Assembly: GCA_964393645.1 (NCBI GenBank)
Contig: CAYMUI010000056.1
Span: forward strand, 1-62,338
DNA length: 62,338 nt
Source of the DNA: an uncultured Desulfobacterales bacterium
GTDB taxonomy: Bacteria > Desulfobacterota > DSM-4660 > Desulfatiglandales > JALVZP01
Reading direction: 5' to 3'
Each line of letters opens with the position of its first letter. Within the stretch, counting starts at the first letter, position 1. Both the position numbers and the translations under genes were made by a program. This document shows positions 20,342 through 30,889 of this stretch, in pieces. The notes beneath the pieces were generated by a model. The model saw nothing but the letters and a program-made list of their open reading frames with translations, ran no database searches and was not told where the DNA came from.

Positions 20342-22130
20342 CTTTTAAGAACCTTTTGATCGTTTTTGCCAATTTTAATCCTATACCACCGATCTTTGCT
20401 ATGTCCTGTTCATCTGCTTCGGCGATTTCTTTTACATCTTTAAAGTGTGTCAGAAGAGCCTCTACTCTTTTCCTGCCCAGTCCAGGGATCTGTAAAAGTG
20501 TCGAATCGAGCTGTTCTTTACCCCTTAGTTTTCTGTGATATGAAATCGCTCTTCTATGAACCTCATCTCTTATCCTCATAAGAAAAAGAAGAACAGGGTG
20601 ACCAGATGGAAGTTGTAGAGGTTCTGACTTGGTTTCAAGATATATCTTATCTGGGTGCTGCGTATCCTTTGCTTTTGCAATAGCAATTACATCTGGCGGA
20701 TCATCTACACCTGCTTCTTTTATTACCTGGACTGCCGAGGAAAGATGTGCCTTTCCTCCATCTATTAGAAACATATCCGGAAGATCCCCCTTTTTTATTC
20801 TTCTTTCTATGACTTCTCTTATCATGGAATAGTCGTCGTGGTAGTCGCCCTTTATCTTAAAGTTTCTGTATCTTGCTTTATCTGGTTTACCGTCTTTAAA
20901 AGCAACTATAGAGCCAACTTTTTGAGCGCCTTTGAGCTGAGATATATCCACTGCCTCTATTCTGACCGGCACCTTTTTTAAACCAAGCAGTGTTTTCATT
21001 TCACTTAGTATGTCAGATCTTAATTCCGCATCTCTTAAAAGCTCTTGAGCATTTTTGTAAGCCATGTTTACAAGTTCTTCTTTTCTTGGCTCACAAGCAA
21101 GCTCTATTTTCACCTCTTTGCCGTGTTTATCTGAAATAAAAGAAGAAACGAGATCCCTTTCTTCTAAGTCAAACGGGATGACAATACTGTCAGGCACATC
21201 CCCGCAATCCAGATAATATTGTTTTATAAACGCATCTAATACCTGCGCAGGGGTTTCTTCTTTTTCTTTAAACAAAAAGTTCTTTGAGCCAATAAGGAAT
21301 CCGTCTCTTATCATGAGTAAAACAACTTGAAAAAGATCATCTTTGTTGTATATGCCGATTACATCCATATTCTCTGGCACCGGTGAAACCATTTGCTGTT
21401 TTTCTAAGACCTTTTTTATAGCGTTTATCTGATCTCTTATACGGGCTGCTTTTTCGAATTCGAGTTTGTCTGCTGCACTGAACATCTCTTCGGTAAGCTT
21501 TTCCACAAGTTCCTTACCTTTTCCTTCTAAAAAGAGGATCGCATTTTGAACACTATCCATGTATTCTTCTCTGGAAACATCCCCTTTACAAGGAGCAAGG
21601 CACCTGCCTATCTGGTAATTAAGACACGGTCTGCCGTCCTTAGGGAGATTTTTACATGTTCTCAGTTTAAAAAGCTTGTTTATAAGTCTTAAGGTACTTC
21701 TGAGAGAACTTGCAGAGTGAAACGGACCAAAGTATAACGCACCGTCCTTTTGAATCTTTCTACCAATACTTAATCTGGGATATTCCTCCCTTAAATCAAG
21801 CCTTAGAACCGGGTATCGTTTATCATCCCTCAATACCACATTATACCGTGGAGAGTGTGTCTTTATGAGATTGCTTTCCAGCAGAAGAGCCTCCTTTTCA
21901 TTAGATGTAATGATAAACTCCAAAAATCTTGCTTTGCTCAGCATATTCGATATCTTACTGCTTAAAGGTGACCTTGAAAAATAAGAAGAAACCCTCTTTC
22001 TCAGATTTTTTGCCTTTCCAACATACAGAAGGTTGCCCGATTCATCCTTAAACATGTAAACTCCGGGTTTTTCGGGAAGTTGAGGACGCCCGCTTTTTAG
22101 ATCTATTTGCACACTATTTTCGCTTTTCAT
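20334..22130 (-). CDS. uvrC: Excinuclease ABC subunit C
   Basis: PGVYMFKD, YVGKAKNLRKRVSSYF (GIY-YIG), FEKAARIRD (UVR), RIEAVDIS, DGGK, RDEVHRRAI, HhH tail. Confidence 0.98.
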   Translation of the reverse strand: MKSENSVQIDLKSGRPQLPEKPGVYMFKDESGNLLYVGKAKNLRKRVSSYFSRSPLSSKISNMLSKARFLEFIITSNEKEALLLESNLIKTHSPRYNVVLRDDKRYPVLRLDLREEYPRLSIGRKIQKDGALYFGPFHSASSLRSTLRLINKLFKLRTCKNLPKDGRPCLNYQIGRCLAPCKGDVSREEYMDSVQNAILFLEGKGKELVEKLTEEMFSAADKLEFEKAARIRDQINAIKKVLEKQQMVSPVPENMDVIGIYNKDDLFQVVLLMIRDGFLIGSKNFLFKEKEETPAQVLDAFIKQYYLDCGDVPDSIVIPFDLEERDLVSSFISDKHGKEVKIELACEPRKEELVNMAYKNAQELLRDAELRSDILSEMKTLLGLKKVPVRIEAVDISQLKGAQKVGSIVAFKDGKPDKARYRNFKIKGDYHDDYSMIREVIERRIKKGDLPDMFLIDGGKAHLSSAVQVIKEAGVDDPPDVIAIAKAKDTQHPDKIYLETKSEPLQLPSGHPVLLFLMRIRDEVHRRAISYHRKLRGKEQLDSTLLQIPGLGRKRVEALLTHFKDVKEIAEADEQDIAKIGGIGLKLAKTIKRFLKDE

Positions 22131-22141
22131 AAAAACAGTAA

Positions 22142-24256
22142 TTAAAAACCCAATGATCTTAATTTGTTGGATAGCTCGCTTAAGGTGTATGGTTTAATTA
22201 TAACATCTTTAAATCCATATTCCCAATACTTGGATACTATGGGATCGTTAGAGTATCCGGTTGAAATGATAGCCTTTACATTTGGATCTATTCGAATCAG
22301 CTCTTTGATCGTATCCTGTCCTCCCATTCCAGATGAAACAGTAAGGTCTAATATGACGAGATCGAAAGGCTTTCCTGTATCCATTGCTTCTTTATAGAGT
22401 TTTATTGCTTCTCTCCCTTCTTTTGCTACACGAACCTCGTATCCCATCAGCTTTAACATCTCTCTGACCACTTCAAGTACTGCCTCCTCATCGTCCATTA
22501 CGAGTATCGTTCCTTTTCTTTTGTTGATCCCGTTTTCTTTGTCTTTGTTCTTTCTTCCAGCAACTGAGTCCCTAATTGCAGGAATGTAAATATCAAATTT
22601 AGTGCCTTTTCCCAGTTCTGATTCTACATGTATGTATCCATCATGGTTTTTTATTATAGAATAAGCCACGCTTAAACCTAAACCGCTTCCTTTTTGTTTG
22701 GTGGTAAAAAACGGGTCAAATATCTTGTTTAAGTGCTCTTCTGGTATTCCGATCCCGTGATCTTGAATACTTATCTTTACATAGTCTCCTTCAGCTATGG
22801 GAAGCTGTTTCTCCTTAACAAAAACATTTTCTGCTTTAATCTTTATAACTCCTCCGGTAGGCATTGCCTGTTGAGCGTTAATAACTATGTTGGTTATAAC
22901 TTGGGCTATTTGATTAGAGTCCACTTCTGCTGGCCAGAGATCTTCCGGGATATCAAACTCACACTTTATATTAGATCCTACAAGACAAAATCTTGCTGTC
23001 TCTTCTATAAGATTATTCAAAGAACTTAACTCTTTTACAGGAGCACCACCTTTTGAGAAAGTCAACAGCTGATTTGTAAGAGCTTTTGCTCTTAATAAAG
23101 ATTTTTCTGTCTCTTCAAGCCTCTTATACAGTCTTCCTTCTGCCTCTATTTTTGCAAGAGAGATGTTTCCTATTGCGCCCATAAGAATGTTATTAAAATC
23201 ATGAGCGATTCCACCTGCCAGCACTCCAATAGACTCTAACTTTTCCATCTTTTGCATCTCTCTTTGAAGTCTTCTCTCTTCAGTTACATCCCTAAACACG
23301 AGTACTACCCCATATATGTTGCCTTCTTTATCTTTGATAGGTGCTCCGCTATCAGCCAAAAGTCTTTCCTTGCCATCTTTGGAGATAAGAACCGTGTGAT
23401 TGGCAAGTCCTACTATCTTTCCCGTTCTTATTACTTTCTCTACTGGATCTTCACATCTCTGTCTCGTCTTTTCATTAACTATGTAAAACACCTCTTTTAC
23501 ATCTTTCCCTTTTGCCTCCTCCTCTTTCCAACCTGTAAGTTCCTGTGCAACATTGTTCATAAGAGTAACCCTGCCGTATCTGTCAGTGCATATGACCCCA
23601 TCTCCTATAGATCTAAGGGTAATATCTAACAGCTGTCTCTCCTCTGCGAGCCTTTTTTCGAGCTCTTTTATCTTAGATATGTTCATTATTGCGGCAATAA
23701 CACCCCTTTCTGGGGCACTTGGATCAAAGGTGCTCATTCTTATAATTCCCCAAAAGGTAGTGCCGTCTTTTCTTTTAAATTTCGCCTCAGTACTTATAGG
23801 TCTTCCTTTTCTCAGTGCGCTATACAGGATGTTTCCCACTCTTTCGTATTCTTCTTCGGTTGCATATATGTAAAGAGCAGGAAGATCGCGAAATTCCTCC
23901 CTTTCATAACCGAACAACCTGGTCATCTCTTCATTTGCCCACTTTATTATTCTGTGTTCGCCTCTGACTATGCCCACAGGGGAGGCAGAAAGTATGTGTT
24001 CCAGCTCTATCTTCGTGTCTAAGAGCTCTGCCTCAAGTCTTTTTTGCTCGGTAATGTCCATAAAATTCCCCAAGTACGCAAATCTTCCTTCAAATTGGAC
24101 AGGGACAAGTCTGACCATAATCCATTTTATTTTTCCGTCTTTCGTCCTCACTCTAAACTGAGCTGACTCTTGCACTCGCTCTTCCATAACCCTTCTCATC
24201 TTCTCTTCTACCATTGGCTTGTCTGGAGGAATCATCTGATTTATTATATCTTCCAT
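22142..24256 (-). CDS. Hybrid sensor histidine kinase (PAS/PAC x3, HisKA, HATPase, receiver)
   Basis: GGIAHDFNN H-box, NAQQAM N-box, DHGIG, DPFFTTK, GSGLGL, C-terminal VMDDE...LDLT...KP receiver; cytoplasmic, no TM seen. Confidence 0.95.
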   Translation of the reverse strand: MEDIINQMIPPDKPMVEEKMRRVMEERVQESAQFRVRTKDGKIKWIMVRLVPVQFEGRFAYLGNFMDITEQKRLEAELLDTKIELEHILSASPVGIVRGEHRIIKWANEEMTRLFGYEREEFRDLPALYIYATEEEYERVGNILYSALRKGRPISTEAKFKRKDGTTFWGIIRMSTFDPSAPERGVIAAIMNISKIKELEKRLAEERQLLDITLRSIGDGVICTDRYGRVTLMNNVAQELTGWKEEEAKGKDVKEVFYIVNEKTRQRCEDPVEKVIRTGKIVGLANHTVLISKDGKERLLADSGAPIKDKEGNIYGVVLVFRDVTEERRLQREMQKMEKLESIGVLAGGIAHDFNNILMGAIGNISLAKIEAEGRLYKRLEETEKSLLRAKALTNQLLTFSKGGAPVKELSSLNNLIEETARFCLVGSNIKCEFDIPEDLWPAEVDSNQIAQVITNIVINAQQAMPTGGVIKIKAENVFVKEKQLPIAEGDYVKISIQDHGIGIPEEHLNKIFDPFFTTKQKGSGLGLSVAYSIIKNHDGYIHVESELGKGTKFDIYIPAIRDSVAGRKNKDKENGINKRKGTILVMDDEEAVLEVVREMLKLMGYEVRVAKEGREAIKLYKEAMDTGKPFDLVILDLTVSSGMGGQDTIKELIRIDPNVKAIISTGYSNDPIVSKYWEYGFKDVIIKPYTLSELSNKLRSLGF

Positions 24257-24457
24257 ATCTTTCTTCCTTTAAAATTGTATCGTATTTCTGATGACATAAC
24301 GATAACATAACCCAGATTAAAAATACAACAAGACATTTACAGAACCGTTTAGGCTGATTGTTCAGAATTTTTCAAACAAACTTGAACTGTTTTGTTGACA
24401 AAAGAAGGATTCTAATTAAGAATACTTTAAAAATTAAAGCCTAAAAGGAGGTCTTAC

Positions 24458-24961
24458 ATGTATGTACCAATGAACATTTCTACAGTAACAGTTGACCCTA
24501 TCAGTAACAGTCCTATTGTTATTTTAAAAGAAATAAACGGGGACAAGATACTTCCAATATGGATTGGAATAATGGAAGCCACCGCTATAGCAAGCGAGCT
24601 GGAAAATATAAAGTTTTCTCGTCCTATGACTCACGATCTCCTGAAGAATATAATAGAAACACTTGATGTAAAGGTAACAAAGGTAGAAGTATGCGATTTA
24701 AGAGATAATACCTACTACGCTCTTATTCATCTTCTAACAAGTGACGGTAAAGAATATGCGATAGACGCCAGGCCGAGCGATGCGTTGGCTCTTTCTTTAA
24801 GAACCAATGCCCCTATCTTCGTAAAAGAAGAGGTGATACTGAAATCCGCAAAGCTTACAGAAGATGAATCTGAAGCAATGGATGAATCTGAAAAAGGGAA
24901 AAAATGGAAAAAAGTGCTGGAATCTCTCAAACCGGAAGACTTTGGAAAATACAAGATGTAG
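24458..24961 (+). CDS. Bifunctional nuclease family protein (DUF151)
   Basis: ILPIWIG...EATAI, RPMTHDLL, IDARPSDALALSLR; RBS AAGGAGG. Confidence 0.93.
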   Translation: MYVPMNISTVTVDPISNSPIVILKEINGDKILPIWIGIMEATAIASELENIKFSRPMTHDLLKNIIETLDVKVTKVEVCDLRDNTYYALIHLLTSDGKEYAIDARPSDALALSLRTNAPIFVKEEVILKSAKLTEDESEAMDESEKGKKWKKVLESLKPEDFGKYKM

Positions 24962-24968
24962 CTCCCAA

Positions 24969-25616
24969 ATGATAGACCTGCATACGCACACCACTTTTAG
25001 TGATGGAGAACTCATCCCTGCGGAACTGGTGCGGAGATTAGAAGTCTTGGGCTATGAAGCAGTGTGTATCACGGATCATGCAGATTCTTCATGTCTGGAT
25101 TTCATAGTCCCCAGAATAGTAAAAGTCTGTGAAGACCTAAACTCGGTGAAAAAGATAAAAGTCATCCCTGGAATAGAACTTACTCATGTCCCGCCAGCTA
25201 TGATTCCCAAGTTAGTAAACAGCGCAAGAAGACTGGGAGCAAAAATCGTGGTAGTGCACGGGGAAACCATAGTTGAACCTGTCTCAAGCGGTACTAACAG
25301 AGCAGCAATTGAAGCAGGAGCAGATATACTTGCTCATCCTGGTCTTATAAGTAAAGAAGACGCCCTTCTTGCAGCAGAAAAAGGGGTATACTTAGAGATA
25401 TCGAGCAGAAAAGGGCATTGTTTAACAAACGGGCATGTAGTAAAGATGGGAAATGAAACGGGAGCCAAACTTCTTTTAAATTCAGATGCCCACTGTCCAG
25501 AAGACCTTTTAAGCAGAGACCTTGCCGAAAAGATCGTTCAAGGAGCCGGACTTCCTGAGCGCCATTTAGAATTGCTTCTGGAAAATGCGAGGCTCTTAAT
25601 AAGACGCGCTATATGA
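24969..25616 (+). CDS. PHP-family phosphoesterase
   Basis: IDLHTHT..SDG, ITDHAD, GIELTH, VHGET, LAHPG, NSDAH; start moved to ATG at 24969. Confidence 0.9.
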   Translation: MIDLHTHTTFSDGELIPAELVRRLEVLGYEAVCITDHADSSCLDFIVPRIVKVCEDLNSVKKIKVIPGIELTHVPPAMIPKLVNSARRLGAKIVVVHGETIVEPVSSGTNRAAIEAGADILAHPGLISKEDALLAAEKGVYLEISSRKGHCLTNGHVVKMGNETGAKLLLNSDAHCPEDLLSRDLAEKIVQGAGLPERHLELLLENARLLIRRAI

Positions 25617-27211
25617 GATGTGTTTTCTTATTTCCTCCTTCTTTTGATCCAACAGCTCCTCCTCTTTCTCTATCCAGAATAAAGGGCTGCATAGAAACTA
25701 CTTTAAGAGAAATAGACGCACAGTTTTTAGACGAAAATTATGGCTTTGTAAGGTATGTGCTTTCCCTTCCTCTTTCTGAGAAAGAAGATCCCATAAAAGA
25801 CGACCTTATGAAAAGCCTTGCTGTATTAAAAATAAGAGAACTTTTCTTAAATATAAGAAATTACTCTTTTGCTTACGAAACACTTCTTAAAGTTTTTCAT
25901 AAGTTCTCTCAGCCTTTTTATCCCTCTTTAGTAGGATATGCAACTCAAAGATTTGCTCATAACATAAGAGACACCAAGCAGGTCAGTTTGTTACTAAGGT
26001 CAGAGCGATTTAATCCTTATTTAACCTATTTTAATCTTAGACTTGAGCACATCTTGGGCTCAGACCCAGAGGTCCTCGGCATAAGTGTAATATATTCTTC
26101 ACAACTTGTGCCGGCTCTTACTCTTTCAAGGCTTGCAAAACAAAGAAAAAAAGACCTGCTTATTATCTTGGGAGGCCCTTATGTCTCATCCTTGAGAAAA
26201 GCTATATTGAAAAACTTTTCTTTCATAGATCAAGTAATTCCGGGAGATGCGGAAGCCTTCTTTGAAGAGGTAAAAGACATAAAACTTACCAAAAATCGGT
26301 TGATAGAACTGATAGAAGAATACTGCAAAAAAAGGGCCTACTTTTCACCTTTAAAATACCCTCTCGATCTTTCCTGGACAAATCCGCTCGAATATCCATT
26401 ACCGGAGCCGGTACTGCTCTTAGACATCACTCGGGGTTGTTACTACAAAAAATGCGTTTTTTGTTCCTATGGACACCAAGGCTCCAGTTACAGAAGAATG
26501 CGCATAACAGACATAATTAAAACAATCAAAGAAAGTAAGCTGAAAAGAGTATTCTTTTCGGTAGATGTGGTGGACCCCTCTTTTTTAGAAGAGCTTGCAA
26601 GAGCTCTTATTAAAGCCGGAGTTGAAATAACCTACTGTCTGGATGCAAGGCTTGAAACGACTTTTACAGACGAGCTTTTTGTAAAGCTCATTTACGAATC
26701 GGGCTGCAGGGCAATAAGCTTTGGTATGGAGTCTGCCAGCCAAAACACTCTTGATAAGATGAAAAAAGGGACAAATTGCCAAAACTTTTCGCGCATTCTA
26801 AAAAACCTGAATAAAATCGGAATACATGTCCAGTTACACTTGATTCATGGTTTTCCTACGGAAACAAAAGAGGATCTCCAAAAAACCATAGAGTTTTTAA
26901 AGACTCACAGAGAAGAAATAGTCACTGTAGGGATTTCAGAATTTACCCTTTTAAAAGGCTCTGCTATGGAAAAAAGACCTCAGGACTACGATATATCCTG
27001 TATAGAACCTGCCGGCGATTTGGCACTGGATTACGAGTATTACACTGATCAAAACAAGGACTATCCAAACTTTGAAAAGATCAGAAATCACTTGTTTATG
27101 TGCTTTCCTGCTGTTGGAAGACTTACAGGTTCTACCACAGACTACCTTATATACGCTTCCTACTATAGTCCGGATGAAATGAGAGCGATGTTAAGATCTA
27201 CTTTTCAATAA
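25613..27211 (+). CDS. B12-binding-domain radical SAM protein
   Basis: FPPSF..PPLSL N-terminus, LGGPYV, RGCYYKKCVFCSY (CX3CX2C), GMESAS, GFPTET; ATGA-coupled to the PHP gene. Confidence 0.85.
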   Translation: MRCVFLFPPSFDPTAPPLSLSRIKGCIETTLREIDAQFLDENYGFVRYVLSLPLSEKEDPIKDDLMKSLAVLKIRELFLNIRNYSFAYETLLKVFHKFSQPFYPSLVGYATQRFAHNIRDTKQVSLLLRSERFNPYLTYFNLRLEHILGSDPEVLGISVIYSSQLVPALTLSRLAKQRKKDLLIILGGPYVSSLRKAILKNFSFIDQVIPGDAEAFFEEVKDIKLTKNRLIELIEEYCKKRAYFSPLKYPLDLSWTNPLEYPLPEPVLLLDITRGCYYKKCVFCSYGHQGSSYRRMRITDIIKTIKESKLKRVFFSVDVVDPSFLEELARALIKAGVEITYCLDARLETTFTDELFVKLIYESGCRAISFGMESASQNTLDKMKKGTNCQNFSRILKNLNKIGIHVQLHLIHGFPTETKEDLQKTIEFLKTHREEIVTVGISEFTLLKGSAMEKRPQDYDISCIEPAGDLALDYEYYTDQNKDYPNFEKIRNHLFMCFPAVGRLTGSTTDYLIYASYYSPDEMRAMLRSTFQ

Positions 27212-28190
27212 TCGTTTCTTTTATCTTGTGTCCAAAGTGTCTTCCTGCCTCCTCCACATAACCTAAGACTTTATCACCTTTCTTGAGCTTAACTACAGAA
27301 AGTGCCTCTCCTTCCCTTCCAACTAAGCGTATAGTTTCCGCATTTTGTAGTATTATGCTTACAGGTCCCATAGGGCCTTGAGCTTCTACTAAAAGAAGAG
27401 GTCTTTTTTCTACCTTTACCCTTCCTACAATCACGGGAAATAGCTCTCCTTTCCAATTTACGCATGTAACGGTATCGCCTGACTTTAGTTCAGACAAATA
27501 CTTTGTCTTGCCTCCAGGCACCATTATGTAAGCGTGTACAGGTCCGGCATTTACCCTGAAAGGTCTCGGTTCAACATACGGGTTTTCTATGCTTTCTGAA
27601 TGTACTAAAAAAAGAGCTTGGCTGCTGTTACCCACCAGCATTCCTTCTCCTGGATTCATATTGGTACATGTGTCCACACATACTCTGTCTCCCATTCCTA
27701 ATGGTGTAACTGACTGTACCTCAAACTCAACTAATGGAATGACATCTTTTTCTGATTTGATCTTACTTATAATTTCCTTCACTTTTATCGGATCCCTTTC
27801 CACTATTACTATTCCGTCCACGCCTTTTTCTAATATGCCGAATGCGGTTGTTGCTTCATCTACATCTTTTACTTCAACAAATATGTTCTTCGCTCTCGCT
27901 ACAAGATTTTCAAGAGGGATTATTTTCCAGTCTTTTGTTCTCACGATCACTTTTTTTGTTAATGAGGTCTCAACTATCTTGTCTTCATCTTCTGCAGATC
28001 TTATTTCCATGATCACGACATCTTCTCCCCACTTTATGTCCCCTTTTTCTGACACAGTCTTAATAATACCTAACTGCCTTACCTCATCCACCTTGTCAGC
28101 AGAAACAATAACAGCATCTGCTCCACCTTCAAGGGCTGTGGTAACAAGTTTTTTATTCCAAGGTTCAACCTTAACCCATATCTCCTTCAT
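27198..28190 (-). CDS. aroB': 3-dehydroquinate synthase II (archaeal type)
   Basis: WKIIPLENLVA, GDRVCVDTC, GEGMLVG, RPFRVNAG, YLSEL, LQNAETIRL, GRHFG. Confidence 0.95.
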   Translation of the reverse strand: MKEIWVKVEPWNKKLVTTALEGGADAVIVSADKVDEVRQLGIIKTVSEKGDIKWGEDVVIMEIRSAEDEDKIVETSLTKKVIVRTKDWKIIPLENLVARAKNIFVEVKDVDEATTAFGILEKGVDGIVIVERDPIKVKEIISKIKSEKDVIPLVEFEVQSVTPLGMGDRVCVDTCTNMNPGEGMLVGNSSQALFLVHSESIENPYVEPRPFRVNAGPVHAYIMVPGGKTKYLSELKSGDTVTCVNWKGELFPVIVGRVKVEKRPLLLVEAQGPMGPVSIILQNAETIRLVGREGEALSVVKLKKGDKVLGYVEEAGRHFGHKIKETIIEK

Positions 28191-28992
28191 CTTGAATCCC
28201 CCTTTTTATAAACCGTTTTATAGAATAGAACATCTTTTCAAAGCCACCCTTATCTTTTCTGTTCAAGATGTCAAATAAGCTCATGGCGTCCTTGATATAA
28301 AGGTCTATGTGTTTTAAAGACCACTCGTTTTCCATCAGCAGAGAAGCAAAAAGCTCTGGTTCCTGAGAAAACATCTTCTTTATCCTTGCAAGTCTTTTCA
28401 TAAAAGTTTGGGTGGAAGACTTTTCTATTTCTTCCCAGCTTATACCAGAAGATTTTATCCTAAAAGCAAGACACATGGTTTGAAAGTGATTTACTCCCTG
28501 AACTATACCCATGATCTTGTCGTGTTCTTCTGGGTCTAAAAAAATGGTTTCAAATCCTGTTTTATTGAGAAGTTCGGAAACCCATCTTTTGCCAAATTCT
28601 CCCCTTCCTCCACAAATAGCCACTTTTTTTGGTTGCCCGTGATCTATATCCACACCAAAAAGAGGATGCAAGCCCACCACCTCTGCATCTGAGTATTTGA
28701 GCATTGCCTTTATCGGCATCTTTTTTACAGAAGTAAGATCCATCAAGAGTGAATCCTTGGACACAAGAGGACCCACTTTTTTGATAATCTCATAGGTAAC
28801 AGAAATGGGCACCGAGATTACCACTACATCGCACTGTTTTGCTGCCTGTTCCACAGTTACTTCTGTTTTCCTTCCCACCCTGAGCACTTTATAACCCTGA
28901 CTCTCACATATGTCAGCAAACCAAGAACCCATCATGCCAGTGCCACCTATAATTCCGATTAAAGGATTTTCGAGCCTTTCCTTTATTCCCAT
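28171..28992 (-). CDS. tyrA: Prephenate/arogenate dehydrogenase
   Basis: GIIGGTGMMG Rossmann motif, DLTSVK, HPLFG, EHDKIMG; start set to ATG at 28992. Confidence 0.88.
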   Translation of the reverse strand: MGIKERLENPLIGIIGGTGMMGSWFADICESQGYKVLRVGRKTEVTVEQAAKQCDVVVISVPISVTYEIIKKVGPLVSKDSLLMDLTSVKKMPIKAMLKYSDAEVVGLHPLFGVDIDHGQPKKVAICGGRGEFGKRWVSELLNKTGFETIFLDPEEHDKIMGIVQGVNHFQTMCLAFRIKSSGISWEEIEKSSTQTFMKRLARIKKMFSQEPELFASLLMENEWSLKHIDLYIKDAMSLFDILNRKDKGGFEKMFYSIKRFIKRGIQDEGDMG

Positions 28993-30086
28993 GGCTTGTC
29001 TGCAGCAGGATAAGAACCGAGTCTTTTTAAGAGAACACATGACTCTTCCATCTCTGTGAGCGCCTCATTTACATTCGGATCCCTCTCATGGCCTTCCATA
29101 TCCACATAAAACAAGTATTCCCATTTCTTAGTCTTCATAGGCCTTGACTCTATCCTGGTCATATTAATCTTCTTTTTAGCCAAAGCCTCCAAAGCCTTAA
29201 ACAAAGCACCCGGTTTATCCCTTAAGAAAAACAAAATGGAAGTCTTATCCTTACTTGTGGGACTTCTCACAGCGTCCTTCCCCAATGCCAAGAATCTGGT
29301 CACATTATCCGGAGTATCTTCTATGCCTTCTCTTAATATATTTAGCCCATATATCTCGGCCAAAAGCCTGTTGCCTATCACTGCTGCCTCTCTTTTTTCA
29401 GAAGCTATTTTTGCTCCAACAGCAGTACTCTGAGTCTCGTGGATGGATACATTTCCCATGTTTGCTTTTATCCAAGCCTTACACTGAGCAATTGCCATTG
29501 GATGAGAATATATATCCTTTATCTCGCTTATGTCCTCAGCTTTCGACATAAGACAGTGCCTTATCCTCAAAAGGACCTCCCCATTGATCTTCAAATCGTA
29601 CTTATACAACATGTCAAGAGTAGTGTTTACAGAGCCTTCGTAAGAATTCTCTATCGGCACAACACCCTGATGACATAACCCTTTTTCCACACTCGAAAAC
29701 ACATCCTCGATGCTATCTAAGGGATAAAAGGATACAGAACGACCAAACATGCAAAGGGCAGCCTGATGAGAAAAGGTGCCTTCTGGCCCGAGAAATCCTA
29801 CTCTTAAAGGAAGCTGGACAGAACGAGACGCAGAAATGATCTCGTTAAAGACCGCTCTGAGGATTTGATAGTCAAGCCTTCCTTCTGCCTTACGCGACAG
29901 TCTTTCTATGACCTTCTTCTCCCTGGCAGGATCAAATACTTCAAGGCCTAAGCTCTTTTTTATCTTTCCTATCTTTTCTGCTATGTCCTGTCTTTTTAGT
30001 AAAAGTTCGAGTATCTGCTCATCTATCCTGTCTATCTCTTCTCTGTATCTTCTTAAAAGCTGCCAGTCACTGTCGCTTCCTTTCAC
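28983..30086 (-). CDS. pheA: Bifunctional chorismate mutase/prephenate dehydratase
   Basis: REEIDRID (CM), LGPEGTFSH, PIENSYEG, DNVTRF, ACT domain NMTRIESRP. Confidence 0.97.
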   Translation of the reverse strand: MKGSDSDWQLLRRYREEIDRIDEQILELLLKRQDIAEKIGKIKKSLGLEVFDPAREKKVIERLSRKAEGRLDYQILRAVFNEIISASRSVQLPLRVGFLGPEGTFSHQAALCMFGRSVSFYPLDSIEDVFSSVEKGLCHQGVVPIENSYEGSVNTTLDMLYKYDLKINGEVLLRIRHCLMSKAEDISEIKDIYSHPMAIAQCKAWIKANMGNVSIHETQSTAVGAKIASEKREAAVIGNRLLAEIYGLNILREGIEDTPDNVTRFLALGKDAVRSPTSKDKTSILFFLRDKPGALFKALEALAKKKINMTRIESRPMKTKKWEYLFYVDMEGHERDPNVNEALTEMEESCVLLKRLGSYPAADKPWE

Positions 30087-30091
30087 ACCTT

Positions 30092-30889
30092 TTACTCCTT
30101 GCTTAAAAACTCCAGTGCCTCTTCAACACTGGCGTTTTTGTGAACTATCATGGACAGCGCCTTTACCATCTTAGCAGGATTTCTGTGTTGAAACACATTT
30201 CTTCCTATGGATATGCCAGATGCTCCTGCCTCTATTGCACCTTTCACCATCTCAAAAACCGCTTTGTCAGAATCCATCTTAGGTCCACCAGCTATCACAA
30301 CAGGGACATGACAACCTTCCACTACTTCTCTAAAAGAATCTGGGCTTCCGGTATAGGACACCTTTACCACATCTGCACCAAGTTCGGCTCCGACCCTTGC
30401 GGCGTGTTTTACGACTTCGACAGCATATTCGTCTTCTATCTTTCTACCCCTTGGATACATCATCGCCAAAAGTGGCATTCCCCACTCATCTGCTATCTTT
30501 GCCACCATTCCTAAGTCTTTGAGCATCTCTCTCTCATTATCGTCGCCTATGTTTATATGAACAGAAACTCCGTCAGCACCAAGCCTGATTGCCTCCTCTA
30601 CTGTGCACACTAAGGTTTTGGAATTGGGTTCTGGTGAAAGAGAGGTGCTGGCTGACAGATGAACAATAAGACCCAGATCAGGGCCGCTTCCTCTGTGCCC
30701 TTTTACAACCATCCCTTTATGAAGCACAACAGCATTAGCACCTCCTTCTGCCACCTGGGCAACCGCTTTTTTCATGTTAGTAATCCCGTATATCGGCCCC
30801 ATACTCACTCCGTGATCCATGGGAACAATCACGGTCTTCTTCGTGTCTCTATTAAAGATCCTTTCAAGTCTTATTTCTTTACCTATCAT
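30092..30889 (-). CDS. aroA': 2-amino-3,7-dideoxy-D-threo-hept-6-ulosonate synthase (class I aldolase, archaeal shikimate entry)
   Basis: [42 protein letters not shown]; same operon as aroB'; start at MIGKE behind GGAGG. Confidence 0.9.
   Translation of the reverse strand: MIGKEIRLERIFNRDTKKTVIVPMDHGVSMGPIYGITNMKKAVAQVAEGGANAVVLHKGMVVKGHRGSGPDLGLIVHLSASTSLSPEPNSKTLVCTVEEAIRLGADGVSVHINIGDDNEREMLKDLGMVAKIADEWGMPLLAMMYPRGRKIEDEYAVEVVKHAARVGAELGADVVKVSYTGSPDSFREVVEGCHVPVVIAGGPKMDSDKAVFEMVKGAIEAGASGISIGRNVFQHRNPAKMVKALSMIVHKNASVEEALEFLSKE

Noticed and set aside
24395-24423. TTGACA upstream of DUF151 as a sigma70 promoter
   Set aside because: No acceptable TAnnnT -10 box at 16-18 nt spacing.
24864-24968. 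Long N-terminal extension of the PHP ORF
   Set aside because: Overlaps the DUF151 gene in another frame; the family motif starts at ATG 24969.
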